Source: a virus (lineage: Duplodnaviria; Caudoviricetes). From it: DNA of 28,184 bases. Made by a program: the position numbers and the translations under genes. Below the pieces are notes generated by a model. The model had not been told where the DNA came from and did not search any database. It worked only from the letters and a program-made list of their open reading frames with translations. How positions within the stretch are numbered: position 1 is the stretch's first letter; each line of letters starts with the position of its first letter. The DNA is taken from IMG/VR virus record IMGVR_UViG_3300044266_000272, positions 1 through 28,184 of that record. One strand, given 5' to 3'. Below are positions 1 to 7,688 of the stretch, one piece after another.

Positions 1-346
1 AGATATTATTAATTTGGATGGTAAGATTACCATGAAGTTAAAGTATCCTGAATTTTCATTAGTTGATAAACTGAATAACAAAGAATCGGCTGTAGATATT
101 ATCTTTGAAATCATTGCTGAGAGTGTGGAATACATTCATGATGGTGAACAATACTATTATGCACATGAGACACCAAGAGAAGAACTGTTACAGTTTATTG
201 AATCTTTGAATCAGGACCAGTTTGCTAAGTTGGAAGAATTCTTTAATAATCTCCCTACAATGAATAGGAAGATGCAACTTAAATGTCCTAAATGTGGATT
301 TGACCATTCAATAGAAATGGAAGGCCTCGAAAGTTTTTTCGGGTAA
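1..346 (+). CDS. gp26: Baseplate hub subunit gp26, 5'-truncated by the window edge
   Basis: Sequence typical of the T4-like gp26 C-terminus (MKLKYP...QFAKLEEFFNNLP...CPKCG...MEGLESFF), directly followed by a gp51-like frame. Confidence 0.85.
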   Translation, partial: DIINLDGKITMKLKYPEFSLVDKLNNKESAVDIIFEIIAESVEYIHDGEQYYYAHETPREELLQFIESLNQDQFAKLEEFFNNLPTMNRKMQLKCPKCGFDHSIEMEGLESFFG

Positions 347-396
347 TATTTTGTCATGACAATTTGAGAAATTATTATAAAATTAATTTCTCTTTG

Positions 397-537
397 ATGC
401 AACACCATAAGTATAGTCTCACGGAACTTGAGAATATGTTACCGTGGGAAAGAGATATCTATGTCGCCATGTTAGTGCAGTATATTGAAGAAGAAAACGA
501 AAAGATAAAACAACAAAACGCTTCAATGAGAAATTAG
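397..537 (+). CDS. gp51: Baseplate hub assembly protein gp51-like. Frame is open from 304, first ATG at 397; may be translated as a -1 frameshift fusion to gp26
   Basis: Not in the ORF track. Manual translation gives (IFCHDNLRNYYKINFSL)MQHHKYSLTELENMLPWERDIYVAMLVQYIEEEN, with the gp51-type MQHHKYSL and PWERDIY motifs. TAG at 535-537. Confidence 0.85.
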   Translation: MQHHKYSLTELENMLPWERDIYVAMLVQYIEEENEKIKQQNASMRN

Positions 538-540
538 TAG

Positions 541-1935
541 ATGGCCAGAGTAGACCAAGAATATCAAGTAACTGAAAAAGGACAAGAGTTAGCCAATCGT
601 CTTGCCTCGACCCGTGGTGTTCAAAACATGATGGGTAATCCACTCATGTCTAGTATGAGATCCAATCCCAAAAGGCAACAAGCTCAATCAAAAACATCTC
701 CAGAAGCAAACGAAAAAAGAATACAAAAAATTCCTGAAAAGGATCCTAATTTTTCCAATATTGCTCCTGGTGTACCTAGACCCCTAAAAGTTAGAGATTC
801 TTCTGCCGATATTCTTGGTAAGATGTATAACTTTATGATGAAACAGGATGCAATAGTAAAAAAAGAACGTAAGAACGAAAAGAAAATTAGGCAAGAAGAA
901 GTTAAGACAAAAGAAGATAGGTCAAAAGAACTTATTGGGTTATTCAAATTTAAAAAACGTAAAAAATTTAAAGAAGAAGTAAAGAAAAAAGAAAAACCCA
1001 AAGAAGAAGAAAAGAAAAAGGAACCACCTAAAAAAGAAGCACCAAAGCCTTCTAAAGAAGCTCCAAAGCCTTCTGAAACTAAAACACCAGTTAAACCTGA
1101 AGTTAAACCTACAGCAGAAAGAGTTCCTAGTGCTCCATTAAAAGCTCCTTCAACTGCTGTAAAAGTAACTACTACCACAGCGGCCGCTGGTGGCGTTGGT
1201 GCACTTTTAATGCCATCCGAGTCCGTTGCTGCAGTTATTGATAAAGCTTCAAATATGGTTGGTGTTGATAAATCTTTGATGTATGCAATGGCCAAACAGG
1301 AAAGTGGGTTTAATCCTAATGCTGCAGCAGGAACATCCTCAGCAAAAGGATTATATCAATTTATCAAAGATACATGGAAAAACATGGTTTCAAAATATGG
1401 AGCCAAATATCCTATATTAAGAGCAAAAGGACCTGAAGATCCTGAAGCTAATGCCATTGCAGGCGCTTTATTCATTAAAGAAAATTCAGAATATTTGGCT
1501 AAAAATGGAATTGAAGTAAATGCAACATCAATCTACGCTGCTCATTTTTTAGGTGCTGGTGGTGCAAAACAATTGTTAACTGCTAATCCTCAAGAAATTG
1601 CATCAAAAATATTACCAAAACCAGCAAGTTCAAATAAAAATATTTTCTACGATAAAACTGGAAATCCTAGAACAGTTCAACAGGTTGTTAATGTTTTGTT
1701 TGAAAGAGTTGGTCAGTATCAAGAAAAATATAGACAAAAATTGAATTCTCCAACTCCGGCACTTACACAAATACCTGAACTTATCACACCCACAAACAAT
1801 ACTACGAATAAAAATAGTCAGGTGTCTGTAATAAATAAACAAACCAATATTATCAATGGGGATACAATATATTCTTCTGTTGAAGATAAACCACAACATT
1901 CACCATTAATGCAAAAACAATATAATTACAGTTAA
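541..1935 (+). CDS. Tail/baseplate protein with a lytic transglycosylase (SLT-like) domain, tape-measure-like
   Basis: SLT motifs AKQESGFNPNAA, SAKGLYQFIKDTW and YAAHFLGAGGA; Lys/Glu-rich region and Pro-rich linker; located right after gp26/gp51. Confidence 0.75.
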   Translation: MARVDQEYQVTEKGQELANRLASTRGVQNMMGNPLMSSMRSNPKRQQAQSKTSPEANEKRIQKIPEKDPNFSNIAPGVPRPLKVRDSSADILGKMYNFMMKQDAIVKKERKNEKKIRQEEVKTKEDRSKELIGLFKFKKRKKFKEEVKKKEKPKEEEKKKEPPKKEAPKPSKEAPKPSETKTPVKPEVKPTAERVPSAPLKAPSTAVKVTTTTAAAGGVGALLMPSESVAAVIDKASNMVGVDKSLMYAMAKQESGFNPNAAAGTSSAKGLYQFIKDTWKNMVSKYGAKYPILRAKGPEDPEANAIAGALFIKENSEYLAKNGIEVNATSIYAAHFLGAGGAKQLLTANPQEIASKILPKPASSNKNIFYDKTGNPRTVQQVVNVLFERVGQYQEKYRQKLNSPTPALTQIPELITPTNNTTNKNSQVSVINKQTNIINGDTIYSSVEDKPQHSPLMQKQYNYS

Positions 1936-1937
1936 AA

Positions 1938-3437
1938 ATGGATTATCAAAACGCACGCTCAATTAGAAAAAAATCTCTATTATCATTAATAGCAGAGAAG
2001 AAATTTGAAGAAGGCCAAGGACTTGGTTCTTCTATTGGCGGCGCAATTTCAGATAAATTTAAAGCAAAAGCAATGGGGTTTAAAGAAGCTTTAGATCCTT
2101 TAAATTTTGTAAGAAAGATAACCGGTCAAGGAGCAATTGGTGATATTGCTGTAACTGGTTTAGGTCGATTGTTTGGTAGAAAAGACCGAGACATACAGGC
2201 ATTTGGTGGTTATGGTAGAAAAAAGGTTCGTAATAAAAAAGATCCCAACTTCACTACAATTGGTCCAGGTCCAGTAAGAAGATTACGAGTAAAAGATTCT
2301 ACTGCTGATATTCTCGGTAAGATGTATAACTTTATGTTGAAGAAAAGTGAGATTGATACCCGTGCAGCAGAAATACAAAAATCATTTAGGCAAGAACAAC
2401 TGGATGAGGATGACCGCAGACATAAAGAATTGGTGAAAGCAATCAAAGCTTTTACAAGTGGAGGAGCTACAACTACACCCGAAAAGAAAGAATCAATTTT
2501 TGATAAAATCTTAAAATTGATTGCCGATTTCAAAGATTCAATTATGAAATTAATTGATCCTATTTTGAATTTCTTCAAAGGAACTTTGGGTAAAGTTTTT
2601 AATATATTATCTAAAGCTGGCCCTTGGTTGTTGGACTTTTTATCCGCACCTGGTCTAGCTACTGCCGCTTTAATATTGGCACCTGCCATTATTGCTGCAA
2701 TGGGTTCTTTGAAATTAATGAATCAATCAACAGAAGCAGCAAAAGAAGGTAATATTGAAAAATTAAAACAATCAGCTCGAATGGAGTTATCTACTGCAGG
2801 TAATGGACAAGTAAATGAGGATGATGTTAATACCATTGTTGAAGGTTACTTAAAAATTCAAGCCGACAAAGGTGAACCTGGTGCACAAAAAGCATATGAA
2901 GATTTCAAAAAAGATAAAAACTCAGTAGGTACAGGAGATAATTCGTTTGATGGTCTTACGATGCAGTATCTCAAACAGAAATATAATGTTACTGTTGGTA
3001 ATAAAGCAACACCACAACAAATGGCAGAAGCCAAAAAATATGCAAAACAAAATGCAGGAAAACCTGCATCACAAATTACACCAATTGATACATCCACAGC
3101 AACAAAACCAACTTCAAGTGCATCAGCGGTAAGCCCTTCTGCTGTTTCTACATCAACTAGTGGTACATCTGCAACACCTTCATCTAAAACACCTCAAAAG
3201 AGTAAGACACAAGTTTCAACTGCAACACCAACAACAACGGTTGCACCAGTAATGAAACAAATACCTCCAAAAGTTTCTGCTGATACATCATCAACATCAG
3301 GAGAATCAAAGGTGAATGTTAATAATAGTGTCAACAATATTGGTGGAAAACCTGCCAAAGAACAAAACCTGAATATTGCTAAACCTCGTAATTCAGCTTT
3401 AATGGATTACTTGACTGCGATTGCTATTCCTGTTTGA
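1938..3437 (+). CDS. Putative tape-measure/baseplate hub (gp29-like) protein, paralog of the upstream gene
   Basis: Helical Ala/Gly-rich sequence, central hydrophobic segment (LSAPGLATAALILAPAIIAAMG), Ser/Thr-rich linker, VNVNNSVNN tail; shares the KDPNF...DS.ADILGKMYNFM block with 541..1935. Confidence 0.55.
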   Translation: MDYQNARSIRKKSLLSLIAEKKFEEGQGLGSSIGGAISDKFKAKAMGFKEALDPLNFVRKITGQGAIGDIAVTGLGRLFGRKDRDIQAFGGYGRKKVRNKKDPNFTTIGPGPVRRLRVKDSTADILGKMYNFMLKKSEIDTRAAEIQKSFRQEQLDEDDRRHKELVKAIKAFTSGGATTTPEKKESIFDKILKLIADFKDSIMKLIDPILNFFKGTLGKVFNILSKAGPWLLDFLSAPGLATAALILAPAIIAAMGSLKLMNQSTEAAKEGNIEKLKQSARMELSTAGNGQVNEDDVNTIVEGYLKIQADKGEPGAQKAYEDFKKDKNSVGTGDNSFDGLTMQYLKQKYNVTVGNKATPQQMAEAKKYAKQNAGKPASQITPIDTSTATKPTSSASAVSPSAVSTSTSGTSATPSSKTPQKSKTQVSTATPTTTVAPVMKQIPPKVSADTSSTSGESKVNVNNSVNNIGGKPAKEQNLNIAKPRNSALMDYLTAIAIPV

Positions 3438-3442
3438 CCAAT

Positions 3443-3465
3443 AAAAAACCCACCTTTCGGTGGGT
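3443..3465 (-). terminator. Intrinsic terminator between convergent genes, polarity matches gp32
   Basis: Hairpin ACCCACC-TTTC-GGTGGGT (3448-3465) next to an A-run at 3443-3448, which is a U-tract on the - strand. Confidence 0.8.
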
Positions 3466-3491
3466 CTAAACCAAATCAAAGTAGTTTTGGT

Positions 3492-4370
3492 TTAATCTTC
3501 TTCTGCTAATTTGGCAAAGTAAGACATATCTTCATCATCTTCATGAATCTGTGGTTCAACTGCCTTTGGTGCAGTTTTCACCTGTTCTTTAATAGTCTCT
3601 ACGGTTGTCTTTGGTGCAACTTCACCAGTTAAACCAAGAACTTTATCAAGACGTTGTTTCAATTCATCATATGACTTGAACTCTTTACCAGCAGTTAATT
3701 CACTTAAAGAAAATTGGGACTTCCAAACTTTCTCCAAATCATCATCATCTTCCAATAAAGCAGATGGAGAATCAAACTCAGACTTATCATAGTTTTGATA
3801 ACCTTCTACTTTACGAATCTTTAACTTAAAGTTAGCACCTTTCCACAAATCAAATGGATTAATTGGCTTCTCATCTTCAAATTGAGGATTCATTGCTTCG
3901 GTAATCTTATCAAAGATTTTCTTACCAAAACGGAACAACTTCACTTTGCCTTCGTTTTCTGGATGTTTAGGATCAGAAACGATATACACGTTGGCAACAT
4001 AATTTAACTTACGCTTTTGCTTACGAACTACATCTTTGTTCGCTTCAATGCCAGAATTCCATAATGTAGAATTGTGCTCACAAATAGGACATTGCTGATT
4101 CTTTGTGGTCAAACAATTATCAATTAACCAACCACCAGGTCCCTGAAAACCATGGGAGAAGATTTTAACCCAAGGCAGTCCATCTTCACCATCGGTTTCA
4201 GAGGCAGGAAGAAAACGGATAGTGGCCATGCCATTACCTGATTTGTCTACTTCTGGTTTCCAATAGTTATCAGACTTTTCTGAACCTTCGGATGATTGGG
4301 AGAGTGCCTCAACTGCTTTAGTTAGTTTGTCGAGGTTGCCAGATTGGCGTTTGAGATTTGCGAAACTCAT
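3492..4370 (-). CDS. gp32: Single-stranded DNA-binding protein gp32
   Basis: YWKPEVDKSGNGMATIRFLP, HGFQGPGGW, zinc site C..CPIC, NPFDLWKGANFKLKIRKVEGYQNYDKSEF, acidic C-terminal tail. Confidence 0.97.
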   Translation of the reverse strand: MSFANLKRQSGNLDKLTKAVEALSQSSEGSEKSDNYWKPEVDKSGNGMATIRFLPASETDGEDGLPWVKIFSHGFQGPGGWLIDNCLTTKNQQCPICEHNSTLWNSGIEANKDVVRKQKRKLNYVANVYIVSDPKHPENEGKVKLFRFGKKIFDKITEAMNPQFEDEKPINPFDLWKGANFKLKIRKVEGYQNYDKSEFDSPSALLEDDDDLEKVWKSQFSLSELTAGKEFKSYDELKQRLDKVLGLTGEVAPKTTVETIKEQVKTAPKAVEPQIHEDDEDMSYFAKLAEED

Positions 4371-4445
4371 TGTAATGCTCCTTATTAACGGTGTATAAAC
4401 GGAATGTAAACGACTTATTCAAAGTACTTCTCATAATCAACTACT

Positions 4446-4474
4446 AGTATATCATAATATTTATCCAATGTCAA
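4446..4474 (-). promoter_or_regulatory. Sigma70-type promoter for gp32
   Basis: TTGACA-17 nt-TATACT with extended -10 TG on the - strand. Confidence 0.75.
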
Positions 4475-4962
4475 ACGTACATTTTCAAAATTGCCATTGT
4501 GGTGATCCAATCTTTGTGAAGAATACCAATACCACCTGCTGCACGCCAGTCATTAATAACACTTTCGGTATCATCAATGATAATCTTATCTGGTGCCGCA
4601 TATTTGTACTTGTGTCTTTTACCTGGTACAAATATAGGATTAAATGTGATACCATGAGTTTGTAACCATATCATCTTTTGTTTACTAATGGCATCATATC
4701 GTTCTTGATTGGCAGTAGAGGATAACATCTGTGTTGGTACATTCAACTTGCGTAAGAAAGTAATACCTTCCATGGCACCTGGCATTAAATCAAGTGTTGC
4801 AAATTGATTGGTTTCAATGAACTGGTCAAAGAAATGGTCAAACTTTTTGTTTTTCTCGGCTTCTCTTGGTTCCATACGATAGATTTCTTTGTATCGTTTT
4901 ACAAAGTCGGCAATAACTCCATCCATGTCCAAGTAGATGCAACTAATTTTAGGCTTCTGCAT
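4471..4962 (-). CDS. HAD-family 5'(3')-deoxyribonucleotidase-like protein
   Basis: YLDMDGVIADF motif I; K and IIIDD motifs; WRAAGGIGILH tail typical of phage NT5C-like proteins. Confidence 0.85.
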   Translation of the reverse strand: MQKPKISCIYLDMDGVIADFVKRYKEIYRMEPREAEKNKKFDHFFDQFIETNQFATLDLMPGAMEGITFLRKLNVPTQMLSSTANQERYDAISKQKMIWLQTHGITFNPIFVPGKRHKYKYAAPDKIIIDDTESVINDWRAAGGIGILHKDWITTMAILKMYV

Positions 4963-5560
4963 ATTCTCTAATTCTTTTCTTTAATATATGTAAATATTTT
5001 TCTTTATCATAATGTATAAACGGTGTATACTTTTCAATTTTTTGTCGCCAAGATGGCCAAACAATATCATCGTAAATTTCTTTTTGCCACATCGGCAGAA
5101 AATTCATAATACTATTCAATATAACCACAGTTTCAATTGTGATACTACCATCCATCAAATACTGTAATAATTTTGGAAACTCATTTGAATTTACCAAAAG
5201 TAAATCATCCGGTTTATTCACTTTATCCAACAGATATATTATATCATTATCAAAGGTGTATGTCAAGCTTTGTTGCCGTTTATTCCACTTTTGGTAATGT
5301 TCCTCACCATCTTGCATGAGTTCTCCTACCCAATCACCTTTACCTTGTAGGAAGTTTGCCACATAGAAATTCTTCAACTCATCGATACCATATTTACGAG
5401 ATAACTTGTAGAACTGGTATTTGGATTTGTTGGTGGTAAACGATTGCTTCGATACATTGGTCTTGCCGTTGTATTTAAAATAATCGTATGAATCGGATGT
5501 GAAGTGTAATTTCAAAGCATTCCATAATGCGTATGCTTCAAAACCGGTATTCTCATTCAT
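4949..5560 (-). CDS. gp59: Helicase loader gp59
   Basis: GFEAYALWNALKLHFTSDSYDYFKYNGK N-terminus, ITIET.VIL, IEKYTPF; 33-59-32 synteny. Confidence 0.92.
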   Translation of the reverse strand: MNENTGFEAYALWNALKLHFTSDSYDYFKYNGKTNVSKQSFTTNKSKYQFYKLSRKYGIDELKNFYVANFLQGKGDWVGELMQDGEEHYQKWNKRQQSLTYTFDNDIIYLLDKVNKPDDLLLVNSNEFPKLLQYLMDGSITIETVVILNSIMNFLPMWQKEIYDDIVWPSWRQKIEKYTPFIHYDKEKYLHILKKRIREYAEA

Positions 5561-5778
5561 ATAGGCAAACGAGCACTTTTCTTCAACATATTGTTGTCTT
5601 GTGCTTCCAATTTAATCTTTGATTTGAGTGCAGAAGAAATTAAAGTTGCGGCCACTTCAATCTCCAGTCCTGTATCTTTACAATGTTGGCATATGGCATC
5701 CATATAACCCAACTTTTCTTCTTCTACAATCTTCTCAATTAATAAACTAAATTGTTTTACTTCGTCTCTAGTAGGCAC
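5557..5778 (-). CDS. gp33: Late transcription coactivator gp33
   Basis: FSLLIEKIV...YMDAI..HC...LEIE.AATLIS.ALKSKIKLEA..NNML...LPI; adjacent to gp59. Confidence 0.9.
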   Translation of the reverse strand: MPTRDEVKQFSLLIEKIVEEEKLGYMDAICQHCKDTGLEIEVAATLISSALKSKIKLEAQDNNMLKKSARLPI

Positions 5779-5924
5779 TTTATTAAATCCTCAATTTCAC
5801 TTTTCTTCATCATTATACATTGTGAATGTGTTGGTGGCAAACCTTTACCTAAATCTTTTGCTTCAGTTCGTACCAACATAAAATCATCTTCATCACCATA
5901 AGGTGTTGTTTTAAATTCTGGCAT
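5757..5924 (-). CDS. Small hypothetical protein, 55 aa (MPEFKTTPYGDEDDF...)
   Basis: Manual translation; fills the gap and overlaps both neighbours, but also contains a promoter. Confidence 0.4.
   Translation of the reverse strand: MPEFKTTPYGDEDDFMLVRTEAKDLGKGLPPTHSQCIMMKKSEIEDLIKCLLETK
5812..5840 (-). promoter_or_regulatory. Sigma70-type promoter for gp33-gp59
   Basis: TTGCCA-17 nt-TATAAT on the - strand. Confidence 0.7.
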
Positions 5925-6441
5925 AAAAGACATGATTACCTATTTTAGTTACTACCCTGCCTCGCCAACCAGGATTAATATACACAGCATGATAATACAA
6001 CGCATTTTCTTTGGCTATTCTATCATGTAGTACTGGTTCTGTCAAGGCCTTGCGGGCTACCATTTCCGATTCTTCCCAAGCATATTTATTGTTTATTGCC
6101 AGATTTTTTAGGCAAGTCCAACTAAACTGGCAAGTACCTAATGTTCTTTGATATACTACACCACAGATGGTCGATGGGAACTTAGGATCATTGGCACGGT
6201 TTAAAGTGACTTGTGCTACTGCCAATTTGCCTTCATATGATTCGGTTGCTGCTTCATAGTAAATATTTTTGGTGAGGCAGGCCAATTGTTTATTGAAGTC
6301 CTCATTGACTTCTTGTTTGATAATAGTATCAGTAATTTCTTGTGATACAGAAGGTAATGCCACTAATAATGATGCCGTTATAATACCAGCAATGATTTGC
6401 TTAATGTTTTTAAACATTATATCTCCTTGTTTATGCAACAA
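5911..6441 (-). CDS. Cell wall hydrolase, SleB/Hydrolase_2 family, with N-terminal signal or anchor
   Basis: CLTKNIYYEA, GKLAVAQVTLNR, FPSTICGVVYQ, CQFSW, ALYYHA.Y..PGW, IGNHVFY. Confidence 0.92.
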   Translation of the reverse strand: MLHKQGDIMFKNIKQIIAGIITASLLVALPSVSQEITDTIIKQEVNEDFNKQLACLTKNIYYEAATESYEGKLAVAQVTLNRANDPKFPSTICGVVYQRTLGTCQFSWTCLKNLAINNKYAWEESEMVARKALTEPVLHDRIAKENALYYHAVYINPGWRGRVVTKIGNHVFYARI

Positions 6442-6711
6442 TTATGATGTTTTCTTGGTTGGTTTTGTTTCAGGTTGCGATTGTGTTTGAGAAACGAATT
6501 GATTAAGCGCATCTGCTTTAGTTACAATTTCTGTTTCTGAAGGGAATTGAGGTAGTACTGGATATTCAGGTGAGGCTGTGCCTAGTACCTTAGCCGATTC
6601 GACTTGTTGTTGCCAGTTTTCTACGAGGGATTGTTTTTGACTTTTAAAATCGTCAACCAGAAGGTCTCTGGCCATTTTTAAAAGTTCTAACCTTATTTCA
6701 AAGGGGGTCAT
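6442..6711 (-). CDS. Conserved hypothetical phage protein (MTPFEIRLELLKMA...)
   Basis: Clean ORF with AAGGA SD; N-terminus and FPSETEIVTKADALNQFVS motif recalled from other T4-like environmental phages. Confidence 0.75.
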   Translation of the reverse strand: MTPFEIRLELLKMARDLLVDDFKSQKQSLVENWQQQVESAKVLGTASPEYPVLPQFPSETEIVTKADALNQFVSQTQSQPETKPTKKTS

Positions 6712-7211
6712 GATAATTCCTTTATTTTTAATGTGTGTGTGGTTCTGTTTTTTGCAATTTCAGACAGTTTCTTTTTTGTTTCTTCCGTGTGTGGTTTACC
6801 GCTTATTTTTTTATGAGATAAACTCATTTTCAACTTTGTTTCCAACGAATGTTTTCTACCTTTGAATCCTACATTATTTTCAGATATTAATTTTTTTGTT
6901 TTTTCGCTTCTTTTTATTCCTGTGGCATCCGGAGGTTTTATTCCACCTTCATTTATATTCCATCCTATTTCTTTATGTGGACGATATTCTTTTTCCACAC
7001 CAAAACAATTTTCATAATCACCTTCAAATAAAATATCAACAATAACATTTTTGTGTTTGTTGAACACATTTTCTAATATAGGATTTTCTTTTTTGGATTT
7101 ATGTTCACACATTCTCCTGTGGACATTTTTTGATACGCCGACATAACCATCTTTATAGGGGTCATTGTGGTGTTTTAGACGGATCCAGTAAACGGATGCT
7201 GTTTTTGACAT
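6708..7211 (-). CDS. GIY-YIG homing endonuclease with NUMOD3 repeats (Seg-like)
   Basis: VYWI...GYVG.S...RR..EH, E...R, GWNINEGG; NUMOD3-like G.KHSLETKLKMS and GKPHTEETKKKLS. Confidence 0.85.
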   Translation of the reverse strand: MSKTASVYWIRLKHHNDPYKDGYVGVSKNVHRRMCEHKSKKENPILENVFNKHKNVIVDILFEGDYENCFGVEKEYRPHKEIGWNINEGGIKPPDATGIKRSEKTKKLISENNVGFKGRKHSLETKLKMSLSHKKISGKPHTEETKKKLSEIAKNRTTHTLKIKELS

Positions 7212-7275
7212 TAATTGTACTTCCTATGTGTGTTTATGTGTGTTACTAGACGGTTGTGTGTTTGTCTAGTAATAG

Positions 7276-7283
7276 TATTTATA
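7276..7283 (-). promoter_or_regulatory. T4-type late promoter TATAAATA
   Basis: Exact TATAAATA on the - strand, just downstream of the tmRNA 3' hairpin and upstream of the endonuclease. Confidence 0.75.
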
Positions 7284-7650
7284 CCAGGTGATTCTGTTGC
7301 TAAGTTCACCTGGCGAAACTCCGCTTACCTATCAGGCAGCAAGTGCGAACTTTTCATCGTTTGCGGTTAATTTAATTGCTTCTTCGGCCGAGTGTCCTCA
7401 ACCCTAACGTCTTTAGCTTTGACGATTCTCCATTGTTATACTAATTGCCATGTCGAAACCTGGTCACCCCCATCAGAAACGTCCTGTTGTTCACAGGTCG
7501 GGAATTCCAGCCATCAAAGTCTTGTTAAACTTTTACTTGCCACCCTAAACAACGCTTCTGGTGGAGGTGAGGAGAATCGAACTCCTGTCCACAACAACCT
7601 TCAAACAACTTCTACGAATACTTTTTCCGACCCACCACCTATTTTACGAA
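7284..7650 (-). ncRNA. ssrA: tmRNA, circularly permuted two-piece gene: acceptor piece ~7650-7559, intervening segment 7558-7472, coding piece 7471-~7284
   Basis: T-arm AGGAG-TTCGATT-CTCCT then CACCTCC-A-CCA (ends 7559) lies upstream of the 5' strand GGGGGTGACCAGGTTTCGAC (starts 7471). The two form a 7-bp acceptor stem with G3.U. Tag frame 7364-7332 reads ANDEKFALAA-stop. Outer ends are approximate. Confidence 0.93.
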
Positions 7651-7659
7651 ATAGGAAAC

Positions 7660-7688
7660 ATTATAACATAAAACTATTTAAATGTCAA
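7660..7688 (-). promoter_or_regulatory. Consensus sigma70 promoter for the tmRNA
   Basis: TTGACA-17 nt-TATAAT with extended -10 TG. Confidence 0.85.

Noticed and set aside
535-543. gp51 is in frame with the 541 ORF across TAG TAG, suggesting readthrough or TAG recoding
   Set aside because: Two consecutive stops are followed by an ATG, and conserved genes such as gp32, gp59 and the rSAM are intact in the standard code, with TAG ending other genes.
684-3097. Long - strand ORFs at 684-1295, 2210-2689 and 2858-3097
   Set aside because: Antisense shadows of low-complexity + strand genes, with no motifs.
6708-7211. Group I intron around the GIY-YIG gene
   Set aside because: Flanking genes are uninterrupted and there is no room for an intron core; it appears free-standing. 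The same holds for 18725-19360.
7559-7592. T-arm plus CCA could be a tRNA gene
   Set aside because: No anticodon arm upstream; the matching acceptor strand lies downstream and leads to a tag frame, so it is tmRNA.
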